A stretch of 64,000 nucleotides of DNA from an uncultured Candidatus Binatia bacterium (GTDB lineage: Bacteria; Desulfobacterota; Binatia; Bin18), in contig CBDDQA010000003.1 of assembly GCA_965232605.1 (NCBI GenBank), positions 164,556 through 228,555 of the forward strand, written 5' to 3'. The notes below the pieces were generated by a model. The model saw nothing but the letters and a program-made list of their open reading frames with translations. It was not told the DNA's origin and made no database searches. Of this stretch, positions 1 through 9,533 are shown piece by piece. The translations under genes and the position numbers were made by a program. Within the stretch, counting starts at the first letter, position 1. Each line of letters starts with the position of its first letter.

Positions 1-510
1 CGGGAAGGCGTCGAAATAGGTGCCCGGCGGCGAGGCGTATTGCAGGATTTCTTTGGGGAAGATGGATAAATCCGGCAGCGGTTCGTCAGGCTCCAAACCG
101 AGGAGGCTTCGTAACTCTTCTGATGGATTGCTGTGCGTCGGCTTGCCGCGTCGATAGTGCTCAAGGTTTTCGGCCGGCTGAATCGGCCAGATGGAAACCT
201 GGTGGTCCAGAGCCTGACTGAGTTGGGCCGCGGCATCCGGGTCGTTGGACAAGAAGGTCGTGCCGTCCGGGGCGGTAATTTCAACCGGGCCGAGCTGTTC
301 TTTGGTCGGGCTGGCCGGATAGCGCGCTTGGCAGTGCATCAGGGTCGGGATTTTTTTGGCGCTCGTAATGCCCCCCCGCACCTCGTCCCGCGCGGCCCAG
401 CCCCGGTCGCCGACCACACCCTGGGGGCTGACCTCGGTCTGCTCCAGCAGTTCGCCCAGCATACTCTTGAACGGATAGCGCCAGATCTGTTTGATCGTCC
501 CGATTCGCAT
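1..510 (-). CDS. MOSC-domain protein (MOSC N-terminal beta-barrel), runs off the left edge of the window
   Basis: Not in the ORF track. Manual translation from ATG at 510 (GGAGG RBS upstream) gives MRIGTIKQIWRYPFKSMLGE...GVVGDRGWA...TYFDAFP, matching the RYP-KS and GDR motifs of MOSC_N. Confidence 0.85.
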   Translation of the reverse strand, partial: MRIGTIKQIWRYPFKSMLGELLEQTEVSPQGVVGDRGWAARDEVRGGITSAKKIPTLMHCQARYPASPTKEQLGPVEITAPDGTTFLSNDPDAAAQLSQALDHQVSIWPIQPAENLEHYRRGKPTHSNPSEELRSLLGLEPDEPLPDLSIFPKEILQYASPPGTYFDAFP

Positions 511-540
511 AGCGTCCTCCGTAGACTCCATGTGAGCGCC

Positions 541-1377
541 TTATTTGCCGGAAAACTCGGGTAGACGCTTTTCCACAAAATGGGCCACCCCTTCCTTAAA
601 GTCTTCGCTGCCGAAGCTGGCGCTCATCTCGGTCAGACCGGCCTGCAGCGAGGTCGCGAAATCAACGTCCTGAGCCCGAAAGAGCTGAGATTTCATGACC
701 CGCATGGAACGCGGCGAGACCATGGTGGCCAGCTCAAGCGCATAGGCCCGAACATCCGACATAAAGGAGTCCGCCGGATAGAGGCGATTCACCAGGCCCA
801 TCTGGAGGGCGTCCTGGGCGGTTATTTTTCGGGCCGAGAGCATCAAGTCCAGGGCGTTCGGCAGACCGACAACCCTCGGCAGAATCCAATCCACCCCGTG
901 TTCGGCAATAAGCCCGCGCCGCGAGAAGGCCGTAGTGAAGACGGCCGTATCCGACGCAAAGCGAACGTCGGCGTACAGGGAGAGGATCAGCCCCAAGCCA
1001 GCGACCGGACCGTTGATGGCGGCGATGATGGGCTTCGGGACGGTGGGGAAATACGCATAGCGATAGGAGAATGCCTGGGGCAGATCGAGACCGCCCGGGA
1101 TTGGCCCAGGAAAGGCCACCGGGCTTTCGGCCGCCGAGGCGGTTTCGGACCGTTCTCGGGCCGCGTTCAGCACAGACATATCCGCTCCGGCACAAAACCC
1201 GCGTCCGGCGCCGGTGAGAATAATCACCCGGACGGCCGCATCCGCGGTCGCCTCGGCCATGGCGTGGCGAACCTCCTGCTCCAGCACATTCGTCCAGGCG
1301 TTAAGCTTCTCCGGACGGTTCAGTGTAATCATGGCAATACCATCCTGGGCGTCGTATAAAATCTGCTCGTAAGTCAT
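541..1377 (-). CDS. Enoyl-CoA hydratase/isomerase (crotonase) family protein
   Basis: ITLNRPEKLNA, FCAGAD, KPIIAAING, and C-terminal EDFKEGVAHFVEKR motifs. Confidence 0.92.
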   Translation of the reverse strand: MTYEQILYDAQDGIAMITLNRPEKLNAWTNVLEQEVRHAMAEATADAAVRVIILTGAGRGFCAGADMSVLNAARERSETASAAESPVAFPGPIPGGLDLPQAFSYRYAYFPTVPKPIIAAINGPVAGLGLILSLYADVRFASDTAVFTTAFSRRGLIAEHGVDWILPRVVGLPNALDLMLSARKITAQDALQMGLVNRLYPADSFMSDVRAYALELATMVSPRSMRVMKSQLFRAQDVDFATSLQAGLTEMSASFGSEDFKEGVAHFVEKRLPEFSGK

Positions 1378-1853
1378 GCGTGTTTCTCCGTTGTCATATG
1401 GCCAGCAGACTCCGCCGCCAGGGGTTCGGTCCCGGTTTCTCCGCCAAAGCGGGGTAAGGCGTCGCCTATAGCAGTCCAGTCCGCGCGGTCAGAAAAATAG
1501 TAGTGGGCTTGCGGTTCGCGGTCGATGGCATCGTGCAGATTCGCCAGGACAATATCCATGATCTCCGGATGCGTGCTCGACTGACAGAACAGCGAGCTAC
1601 CGCAGGTAGTGCAGAACGAGCGCTTGCCATGTGCCGAAGAGGCGAAAACGGTCAACTGCTCCTGCCCCGCAGTCAGGCTGAATTGCGGCGTGGGCACCCC
1701 TATCCAGGTCACATAGCCGGCCCCGTGCATGCGCCGACACATTGAGCAGTGACAGTGACCGCAGAAGAGCGTCGGCAGGGCAAACGCAAACTGGATAGTG
1801 CCACAAAAACAGCTTCCCCGGACCAGTTCCGTTTTTTTCCCCGGTTCGTCCAT
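1374..1853 (-). CDS. GFA/CENP-V family Zn-binding protein
   Basis: GSCFCG, CHCSMCRR and FCTTCGS cysteine motifs; ATGA overlap with the crotonase gene. Confidence 0.9.
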   Translation of the reverse strand: MDEPGKKTELVRGSCFCGTIQFAFALPTLFCGHCHCSMCRRMHGAGYVTWIGVPTPQFSLTAGQEQLTVFASSAHGKRSFCTTCGSSLFCQSSTHPEIMDIVLANLHDAIDREPQAHYYFSDRADWTAIGDALPRFGGETGTEPLAAESAGHMTTEKHA

Positions 1854-1909
1854 GACTTCCTCCTCTTTTGAGGTCGCGCCCCTCGGGCTGGCCCAGCCGT
1901 TGCCGGCGG

Positions 1910-2203
1910 CTATTGAAATGAGGCCTTCCGACGCTGGTCAGTCAGGCATTCCTCATTGATGAACAGCCCGCCGTGCAGACGACAGGTCTGTTCATCTCGA
2001 ACGGCAGGGTTCATATCGGGCATATAGCATTGCTCATTATAGAGAACGCCGCCGCGGGCCTCACAGCGGCCAGCCTTGCCTTCGGCTTGCGCCATTTGCT
2101 GATCGATACCCTTATTGAACTCAGAAATTTTCTGATTCCACTTGCGTTCGGCATAGCTGCACGAGGCAGCCCCTACGGCAACGAGTACCAGCAGGCTGTA
2201 CAA
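1910..2203 (-). CDS. Small putative lipoprotein with two C-x3-GG-x6-C repeats (start uncertain)
   Basis: Hydrophobic stretch ending in lipobox-like AASC, followed by CEARGGVLYNEQC and CRLHGGLFINEEC; the longer ORF-track start overlaps the DAHP synthase gene. Confidence 0.55.
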   Translation of the reverse strand: MYSLLVLVAVGAASCSYAERKWNQKISEFNKGIDQQMAQAEGKAGRCEARGGVLYNEQCYMPDMNPAVRDEQTCRLHGGLFINEECLTDQRRKASFQ

Positions 2204-2240
2204 ACAGAAGACGCGGCAGACCGGTCTTCCGACGGACCCA

Positions 2241-3311
2241 TCATGCGGGAACAGCCAGCGGGTTGGACTGCACCACTTCAGCCATTTCATACAGTAAGTC
2301 GCACGACTCTTCCCAACCGATACAGGCATCGGTAATGGAAACGCCATATTCAAGGCGGGAACCTTCTTTCCAAGACTGGTTTCCCGGTTTCACATTGCTC
2401 TCCAGGAGGATACCCATGACATCGTACTCTTGCTCTTGGCGCACCTGTAACACGTCCCGACAGATGGCAGACTGACGGGTATAATCCTTGTTTGAATTGC
2501 CGTGAGAGCAATCCACCATAATGGGACGTGCGATCCCTTCTTTGGCAACCAACCCCGTCACCTGCGCAATATCCTTCTGGCGGTAATTGGGCCGCCCTCC
2601 CCCGCCCCGTAAAATAATATGACGGTCGGGATTCCCCAAGGTCTTGATGACCGAGGTCATGCCATCGACGTTAATGCCCAGGAAGCTATGCGGGTGGCCG
2701 GCCGAAATCATGGCGTTGATCGCCCCGGAAACCTGCCCCCCGGTCGTATTCTTGAAACCGACCGGCATGGAGAGCCCACTGGCCATCTCTCGATGCGTCT
2801 GGCTCTCGGTCGTCCGCGCGCCTATGGCCGCCCAACTCAGCAGGTCGGCGACATATTGCGGCGTCACCGGGTCCAACAGTTCACTGGCGCAGGGTACGCC
2901 CATGTGGTTGATGTGGAGTAAAATCTCGCGGGCCAGTTCCAGACCGGCCGGAATATCGCACGACCCGTCAAGATGCGGGTCGTTAATCAGCCCTTTCCAG
3001 CCTATGGTTGTGCGCGGCTTTTCAAAATAGGTTCGCATCACCACAACGAGATGCTCGCGTGTTGCGTCAATGACCGATTTGAGGCGCTCGGCATAGTCAT
3101 AGGCCGCCTGGGGGTCATGAATGGAGCATGGACCGGTGACCACCAGCAGGCGGTGCCGGTCCCGACCGTGCAGGATATCGCAGATCGCATGCCGGGTTTG
3201 CATGATCAGGCCGGCCGCGCCTTCGGTCAACGGGAGTTTGGCTTTGATCGTCCGAGGGGACACGAGGGGAGTCATTTCAATGAGATGGGAATTTTCAATT
3301 TTCTCAGGCAT
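2241..3311 (-). CDS. 3-deoxy-7-phosphoheptulonate (DAHP) synthase, class I-alpha (AroF/G/H type)
   Basis: GPCSIHD, YFEKPRTTIGWKGLINDP, AIGARTTESQTHRE, DCSHGNS and YGVSITDAC motifs. Confidence 0.96.
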   Translation of the reverse strand: MPEKIENSHLIEMTPLVSPRTIKAKLPLTEGAAGLIMQTRHAICDILHGRDRHRLLVVTGPCSIHDPQAAYDYAERLKSVIDATREHLVVVMRTYFEKPRTTIGWKGLINDPHLDGSCDIPAGLELAREILLHINHMGVPCASELLDPVTPQYVADLLSWAAIGARTTESQTHREMASGLSMPVGFKNTTGGQVSGAINAMISAGHPHSFLGINVDGMTSVIKTLGNPDRHIILRGGGGRPNYRQKDIAQVTGLVAKEGIARPIMVDCSHGNSNKDYTRQSAICRDVLQVRQEQEYDVMGILLESNVKPGNQSWKEGSRLEYGVSITDACIGWEESCDLLYEMAEVVQSNPLAVPA

Positions 3312-3440
3312 GGGGTTTTCCAGTGGAAAGGCCGGCGTAGCGTTGGCCTTTCAGTCTCGTGGCCTATGAAATTCAGTCACCCGGCGGATGAGTGAGGTTC
3401 ACGGCATACCACGTCTTTTGTCCGAATGCGAGGCCGTTTC

Positions 3441-3926
3441 TCAGCCCACCCGGATGGGTGTCGTCGCCTCCAGGTACTCGGGCGTATCCTGCCATCGACA
3501 CGACCGGGCCCAGACGATTTGAGAGTCCGGGAAGCCCAAGACCAGGAAATCGGTAAAATATTTTTCCGCCCGCTTCGCACCCGCCTTTGACGGCTTGGGG
3601 TTAATCAACTCGGCCGCGACAAAGAGTTCCTCGACCATGTCGGGATCAATCTGCACGGCAAGACGCACCCGCCCCGCCGGGTCCGCGGCCGAGCATAAAC
3701 AAATTTCAAAACGACCTTTGAACAAACGCCGCGCAGCGTCCACATTCGGCCACAGGACCATGGCCAGAATGAGATCGGGCTCCTCAAGATACAAGGCTGC
3801 CAGAACCACTCCCTCGTGCGTGAACATCTTCACGCGCCAGGAGACTTCGGCAAGGGCTATAGCAAAGGGTTGGATACGACGATTAAACGCTCTCTGTGGG
3901 ACTTCGACCTCCAGCACCACTCCCAT
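3441..3926 (-). CDS. Hypothetical protein
   Basis: 161-codon ORF with a strong GGAGGAGG RBS before ATG 3926; no family recognised. Confidence 0.6.
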   Translation of the reverse strand: MGVVLEVEVPQRAFNRRIQPFAIALAEVSWRVKMFTHEGVVLAALYLEEPDLILAMVLWPNVDAARRLFKGRFEICLCSAADPAGRVRLAVQIDPDMVEELFVAAELINPKPSKAGAKRAEKYFTDFLVLGFPDSQIVWARSCRWQDTPEYLEATTPIRVG

Positions 3927-4039
3927 GGATTCCTCCTCCACATACCACCACCACACAACGGATCCATTCCACCCATCCCATGCAACACCGCGGTGTCGCT
4001 CGTTTCTGGTAGAGTATAACAGATTCAAAGGAAATGTGA

Positions 4040-4204
4040 TATCCGCCACAGGCCGCTGGAGACAGCATTTTTACCCAGGGCTTTCCCCACACGACAGTAG
4101 CTGGGAATGTAAACGCAGACATGAAAGCCGGTACGCTCAGTCAAGTGCTCAAACAAGCCGGCTTGAAAGAGAGCGACACGGGGGATGAAGATGGCCCAGA
4201 CTGA
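4040..4204 (+). pseudogene. hicA: Degenerate HicA toxin remnant
   Basis: Frame reads ...HTTVAGNVNADMKAGTLSQVLKQAGLK, matching the HicA C-terminal consensus (VTVAG...GTL.SILKQAGLK); in-frame TGA at 4037 and no intact N-terminus; lies directly upstream of hicB. Confidence 0.65.
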
Positions 4205-4412
4205 GTATCTGATCATTGTAGAGCAATACGGCCCCGGAGCGTATGGAGCCTATGTACCGGAGCTTCCGGGCATCGGGGTTGCCGGGGAGACCGAGGATGA
4301 GGTGCGCGCCTTGGTCGCCGACGCGCTCAGGCTGTATCTCGGGGAGCTTGAGCGGAATGGCGGTCCGGCCGCGGACTCGGTTGTGGTGAACCACTACACG
4401 GTGACGATTTGA
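4185..4412 (+). CDS. hicB: HicB family antitoxin (short form)
   Basis: YLIIVEQ..GAYGAYVPELPGIGVAGETEDEVRALVADAL pattern. Confidence 0.85.
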   Translation: MKMAQTEYLIIVEQYGPGAYGAYVPELPGIGVAGETEDEVRALVADALRLYLGELERNGGPAADSVVVNHYTVTI

Positions 4413-4450
4413 CCACAGGCGCCGGGCGGACTCCAAGGAATGAGCCACCC

Positions 4451-4478
4451 GTAGGGACGCATGCGTCGCCCCTGCTAC
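4451..4478 (+). repeat. GTAG-type REP-like palindrome
   Basis: GTAGGGACGCATGCGTCGCCCCTGCTAC: GTAG followed by a hairpin. Confidence 0.55.
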
Positions 4479-4586
4479 CCATATTTCTACAAGTCGCAGC
4501 CCCTGCGGACGCTGGCAGAAATCCGGGCCGATATTCTATCACTGGAGAAAGAGACCGAGGGGTTGTTGGACCAGATCATTGGAAAG
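4476..4586 (+). pseudogene. hsdM: 3'-terminal remnant of a type I R-M methyltransferase
   Basis: YFYKSQPLRTLAEIRADILSLEKETEGLLDQIIG matches the conserved C-terminal helix of HsdM; the rest of the gene is absent. Confidence 0.75.
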
Positions 4587-4619
4587 GTCAGCACGGTTCT
4601 TGCCAGAATACGGCAGCAT

Positions 4620-4985
4620 TCAGTACTGCCACGTTTCGTGAGCGAGCGGAGCCTGATTCAGTACATCACGGTGCAAGCGCCATTGCGGTAGCAACTGGTC
4701 CATCAACGCGCGAAACCGCTCATTATGAGCCCGCTCTCTGAGATGGACCATCTCATGCACCATAATGTACTCCAGGCAGGATACTGGTTTCTTTGCCAAC
4801 TCAAGATTCAGCCAGATTCGGCGGGCTTCTCTGTTGCACGAACCCCAACGGGTCTTCATCTTCCTGATCCGCACCTCCTCAACCGCTACACCAACTTTCT
4901 GCTCCCATTTGGTCAGGAGGGGCGGCAACGTAATCCGTCCCTTATGCGCCGTTTCCTTTCCGGTTGTCGAGTTCTCTGTGGACAC
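4620..4985 (-). pseudogene. C-terminal half of an M48/YgjP (DUF45) metallopeptidase
   Basis: MKTRWGSC, LNLELAKKP, YIMVHEMVHL (HExxH) and HNERF motifs; the N-terminal half is missing. Confidence 0.8.
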
Positions 4986-6033
4986 TTTTCAGCTGGGCCG
5001 CAAGTTCCTGTTTTGACGGCAGATAGAGTTCGTATTTCGAGGCGTAGATGTTGGCATCTTGCGGTAGGGTCAATTCAACTACGGCATCGCTCTTGCTATC
5101 GCACAGCACGATGCCGACGGTCGGAAGCTCGCCTTCGGTCTTCACGTAGCGGTCGAAGTAGTTGACGTACATCTGCATCTGGCCCAGGTCCTGATGGGTC
5201 AGCTCACCGCGCTTGAGGTCAATCAACACGTAGCAGCGGAGTAACCGGTTGTAGAAAACAAGGTCTACGAAGAAGTGCCGGTTGTCGAAGGTGAAGCGTT
5301 TTTGCCGCGCCTCGAACAAGAAGCCTTTCCCCAATTCGAGCAAGAAGTGCTGAAGCCGGTCGATGATGGCCGTTTCCAGCTCGGTCTCGGAGTAGGTGGG
5401 CTTTTCCTCCAAGCCCAAAAATTCCAACACCAGCGGGTTCTTGATGAGGTCTGAAGCCTTTTCGACGACCTGTCCCTCACGGGCGAGCCGGCGCACTTCC
5501 CTCTTGTCGCGGCTGAGCGCAAGCCGTTCGTACAGGGAACTGGCTATCTGCCGTTCCAACTCGCGCACGCTCCAGTCGCTCTCGGCGGCTTCAATCTCGT
5601 AGAAGCGGCGCGTGTCCGGGTTGTCAATGGTCAGGAGAGTGACGTAGTGGGACCAGCCGAGGGAGAATCGTTTCTCGATAGCCGAGAATACGGTAGCTGC
5701 GATACCTGTGGGTACCAGAACAGAATTGACGGACAGCGTCTGTTGAATCTCTGGATAGCCTTGGTAGAACTCGCGGAATTTACGCAGGTTTGTAGGTGAG
5801 CAGCCTTTGAGCCCAGAGGCTTTGAGCTTGTTGGACAAGCGTGCAATCAGCTCCTTGCCGTAGAGTTCGCTACGGTCCGCCCCCCCATGCTCGTACTCAA
5901 CAATGTACCAGCCGAACAGCCAATTCCGCACGACGAGCGAGTGGTCGACCGCACGCGCCGCTGATTGCCGTGTCTCCTCGTGGGTTTGCCGACACAGTTC
6001 GACAAGCTGCTCGAAATCGAATTCCTGACTCAC
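4942..6033 (-). CDS. YhcG/DUF1016 PD-(D/E)xK nuclease family protein
   Basis: LGWSHY, WSVRELERQI, FLLELGKGF, VDLVFYNRLLRCYVLIDLK and GQMQMYVNY motifs. Confidence 0.93.
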   Translation of the reverse strand: MSQEFDFEQLVELCRQTHEETRQSAARAVDHSLVVRNWLFGWYIVEYEHGGADRSELYGKELIARLSNKLKASGLKGCSPTNLRKFREFYQGYPEIQQTLSVNSVLVPTGIAATVFSAIEKRFSLGWSHYVTLLTIDNPDTRRFYEIEAAESDWSVRELERQIASSLYERLALSRDKREVRRLAREGQVVEKASDLIKNPLVLEFLGLEEKPTYSETELETAIIDRLQHFLLELGKGFLFEARQKRFTFDNRHFFVDLVFYNRLLRCYVLIDLKRGELTHQDLGQMQMYVNYFDRYVKTEGELPTVGIVLCDSKSDAVVELTLPQDANIYASKYELYLPSKQELAAQLKSVHRELDNRKGNGA

Positions 6034-6370
6034 AACGACAGCCCCATCTTCTTCAGATGACCTTCCACTTTTGTACCGAACTCCTCCACCTCCCGCTCCA
6101 AATCCGGGAGTGGACTGGCGTAGCGTGCTTCCAATTCTTTGACACGGCCGGCAAGCTGCTGGGTCAACCGTTGTACCTCGCTCTCAAGGGCGGCCCGGAT
6201 GCTGGCAAACCACTTGTCTTCGACCACCAGCGTCTTGATCTCGGCTTCGGTGAGCACGGCGTAGTGGTCCAACACCTTTTGAGCCAGTTCGGCCTGGGCG
6301 TCCTTGACCGCCTTGCCTGCGTTGGACTCGGTCTCAATCAAGGTGAAGTCCTTGCTCGCGTCGATCATGA
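6030..6370 (-). pseudogene. hsdM: C-terminal remnant of a second type I R-M methyltransferase
   Basis: YAVLTEAEIKTLVVEDKW...RVKELEARYASPLP...KVEGHLKKMG is the typical tail of long HsdM proteins; no catalytic domain upstream. Confidence 0.75.
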
Positions 6371-6548
6371 AGAGGAGTAGAGTTGAGATTTCTTCAGGGC
6401 CATGCGCCAGCACCCGTATGTTCCCTATCCCCAACAGACTCCATACGTCACCCCCTGCCGCCCGGCGGTCGCAATCTCAATCCCGACCGTAAAAGTATGT
6501 AATTCCCTAAAAAAAGGGGATTGAGGGAGAGTATCCCCCCTTCCCGGC

Positions 6549-7712
6549 CTACAGGTCCCGGTCCAGTCCGCGCTTGACGATGATTTCCTTCATGATCTCG
6601 GCAGACCCGCCGGCAATCGTGGTCTGACGGATGTCGCGGTAGAACCGCTCGACTGCAAACTCTTTCATATAGCCGTAGCCGCCGTGCATCTGGACGCACT
6701 CATAGGCGACTTTATTGGCCACGTTACAGCCATACAGCTTTGCCATCGAGACTTCGGTACTACAGTCACGCCCACTCGCCAGCACGTCAGCCGCGTAGTA
6801 GGTCAACTGACGGGCGGCTTCCAGTTCGGTAGCCATATCCGCCAGGCGATGGGATATGACCTGATGATCAAACACGCGCTTGCCGAACGTCTGCCGCTCG
6901 CGCGTGTATCGGAGCGTATCTTCCAGGGCTTGCTGGGCCGCGCTCACGGCCATACTGGCCGCAATCAGGCGCTCGTCCTGAAAATTCTGCATAATGTAAT
7001 AAAACCCCTTGCCCTCCTCGCCCAAAAGGTTGTGACGCGGCACGCGCACGTCCTCAAAGACCAACTCGCCGGTATCCGAGCTGTGGCAGCCCATTTTGTC
7101 CAGCTTCTTGGCCAGGCTGAAGCCGGGGGTGTCGCGCTCAACGATAAATATGGAGATGCCGCGGGCCTGGGCGTCCTTGTCGGTTTTGGCGGCTACGCAA
7201 AAGACATCGGCGTGCACGGAGTTGGTGATAAAAATCTTAGCGCCGTTGATGACGTAGGAATCGCCGTCTTTCACCGCCGTGGTGCGGATGCTGGCAACGT
7301 CGGAGCCGCCCGAGGGTTCGGTCACGCCGATGGCGCAGACCGCCTCACCCGTAATCATGGGCCGCAGGTATTTTTCTTTCTGCTCTGCCGTTCCGTTGCG
7401 GGCGATATGGGTCGAGGACATATCGGTATGGACCAGCACGCTGGTCGGTAAGCCCAAGGCCCGACAGCGACATAACTCCTCACAAAAGACGAGCGTCATC
7501 CAGATATCCCCGGCACTGCCCCCGTACTCCGTGGGGTGGCGGATGCCCAGAAACCCGAGTTCACCCATGCGTTGGTAGAGCGACTTGGGGAAAAGGGCCT
7601 CCTCTTCCCACTGGTCAATATGCGGGTGGACTTCCTTAGTCACAAAATTACGAACCTGTTCGCGAAATATCTCATGGTCTTCGGTAAAAAAGCGCGTCGG
7701 TGCGGTGAGCAT
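6549..7712 (-). CDS. Acyl-CoA dehydrogenase
   Basis: IGVTEPSGGSD, NGAKIFITN, RQTFGK, QMHGGYGY and IAGGSAEIM motifs. Confidence 0.95.
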   Translation of the reverse strand: MLTAPTRFFTEDHEIFREQVRNFVTKEVHPHIDQWEEEALFPKSLYQRMGELGFLGIRHPTEYGGSAGDIWMTLVFCEELCRCRALGLPTSVLVHTDMSSTHIARNGTAEQKEKYLRPMITGEAVCAIGVTEPSGGSDVASIRTTAVKDGDSYVINGAKIFITNSVHADVFCVAAKTDKDAQARGISIFIVERDTPGFSLAKKLDKMGCHSSDTGELVFEDVRVPRHNLLGEEGKGFYYIMQNFQDERLIAASMAVSAAQQALEDTLRYTRERQTFGKRVFDHQVISHRLADMATELEAARQLTYYAADVLASGRDCSTEVSMAKLYGCNVANKVAYECVQMHGGYGYMKEFAVERFYRDIRQTTIAGGSAEIMKEIIVKRGLDRDL

Positions 7713-7794
7713 CGTAATTCCTGACCTCCTGATGTGCGGTTGACTTGAGCCTAGACGCTGGGTTTCGGAGGGTCAAGACGAGGCGGGTCAGGCC

Positions 7795-8730
7795 CTATAC
7801 CCCGACCTTGCTCCAGACCTTGAACTGGAGACGGGCATAGCCGCGCTCCATGGCGTCGAGGTGTTCTGCCACTTGCTGGTGCAGGGCCGGCAGCCGATAC
7901 CACGGGACCGCCGGCCAGGCATGATGTTCGGCATGAAAGTTCATATTCCACAGCCACCAGCTGAAAAACGGCCAGGTCTGCATGGTGCGCGTGCGCGCCA
8001 GAATGGAGCCTTCATTCGGCAGGCCGGTGTGTTCGGTGGTCACCCAGATGGCTTGAAACGTATGGCTGAGAAAACCCGCAAACAGCACCCAGCCCATACC
8101 CGCCGGCCCGATGCAGGCCGCGACAATCAGCCCGACCCAAAAGAGGGCGATCACACTCGACTGCCGGGCCAGTGTGGGACCTTGGTCGGGCGGCGCCCAG
8201 GGCGCGAAAGCCACCCACTTCTCATAGGCCAGGAAGGGCAAGCGCACCAAAGCGCCGGTTTTGAACTGAATGAGGCCCCAGCCGCTAATCATGCGCAGCC
8301 AGTTTTTCCATTGGGTCGGCCAGGACACCGGCTGTCCGCCCAAGAACAGCAGCTCGGGGTCCCTATCGGGATATTGGGTGTAGCGATGATGGTCGAAATG
8401 GAAAGCCCGGTAGACAGCCGGTGCCATGCCAAAGGGAAAGCCGCTGAGCCACGCGCCCAGGGAGTTCAGCCAGACGGACTTAAAGGCGGTTTGATGTGTA
8501 CACTCATGAAAGGGAGCGAACAACGAGCCCCATATCCCACCAAGCAGGATGGAGAGCAGACCTGCCGCCAGGTGGGAATGCGGCGTGACGAGCAGCACGG
8601 CGTACGCACACAGCAGGAAAGCGGACAGATGGAGGATCAGCCGGATAATGGACGGCCAGTCTTGGCGTTGCTGAAAGGTGCGCAGGAGGGTGCGGTCGAT
8701 GAGCGAGCGGTGTTCAAAGGCTTCGTTCAC
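7795..8730 (-). CDS. Membrane fatty-acid desaturase family di-iron protein
   Basis: Three His boxes (HECTH, HFDHH, HAEHH) plus transmembrane segments. Confidence 0.88.
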   Translation of the reverse strand: MNEAFEHRSLIDRTLLRTFQQRQDWPSIIRLILHLSAFLLCAYAVLLVTPHSHLAAGLLSILLGGIWGSLFAPFHECTHQTAFKSVWLNSLGAWLSGFPFGMAPAVYRAFHFDHHRYTQYPDRDPELLFLGGQPVSWPTQWKNWLRMISGWGLIQFKTGALVRLPFLAYEKWVAFAPWAPPDQGPTLARQSSVIALFWVGLIVAACIGPAGMGWVLFAGFLSHTFQAIWVTTEHTGLPNEGSILARTRTMQTWPFFSWWLWNMNFHAEHHAWPAVPWYRLPALHQQVAEHLDAMERGYARLQFKVWSKVGV

Positions 8731-8776
8731 ACCGCCACGCTACAACCAGCGTCCGGAAACGTCAAGGAAAAATGTT

Positions 8777-9532
8777 TTATACCAGATAGCCGCCGTTCGG
8801 GCTCAGCACCTGTCCGGTCACATAGGCCGCATCGTCCGAGGCCAGATACAGATGCGCCGCGGCGATGTCTCCGGGGGTGCCCATCTGGCGCATGGGAATA
8901 CGACGGATAAAGAAATCCACGACCTTCTCGGCGGCTGGTCCGGTGCCTTGTTTGACCATAGGCGTTTCAATCAGTCCGGGGGCAACCGCATTCACGGTAA
9001 TGCCCGACCGCGCGTACTCCAGGGCCAGCGAGCGGGTAAAACCGATAATGGCGGCCTTTGCCGCGGCGTAGTGCGCGTTTTGCGGACCGCCGGTCATGCC
9101 GGCCACAGAGGCGGTGTTAATCATCCGCCCCCACTGGGCGGCGATCATATCTCCGACCACGGCCCGCGTGCACAAAAAGGTTCCCTTCATGTGGACGTCG
9201 ATCATGCGCTGCCAGTCTTCAGGGGTAATATCGAGCAGGTCCTTGATCTGGGCAATCCCGGCGTTGTTCACCAGGATATTGATCGGTCCATACGCGCTCC
9301 TGGCCCGTTCAACCACAGCCCTGACGGCCTGGCTCTGGGTCACATCGGCCTGAAGACCTAGGGCCTGGGAAGCCTTGGTGTGGTTAATCTCGGCGGCGAC
9401 AGCCTCGGCGCGAGGCTGGCTGATGTCAGCCACAACAACCTGCGCCCCCTCCTGAGCAAAGAGCTGAGCGGTCGCCTGGCCCAGGCCCGACCCGGCGCCG
9501 GTTATCAGTGCGGTTTTGCCTGTCAGTCGCAT
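8777..9532 (-). CDS. SDR family oxidoreductase (FabG-like)
   Basis: TGAGSGLG, NNAG and YAAAK motifs. Confidence 0.92.
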   Translation of the reverse strand: MRLTGKTALITGAGSGLGQATAQLFAQEGAQVVVADISQPRAEAVAAEINHTKASQALGLQADVTQSQAVRAVVERARSAYGPINILVNNAGIAQIKDLLDITPEDWQRMIDVHMKGTFLCTRAVVGDMIAAQWGRMINTASVAGMTGGPQNAHYAAAKAAIIGFTRSLALEYARSGITVNAVAPGLIETPMVKQGTGPAAEKVVDFFIRRIPMRQMGTPGDIAAAHLYLASDDAAYVTGQVLSPNGGYLV

Positions 9533-9533
9533 C

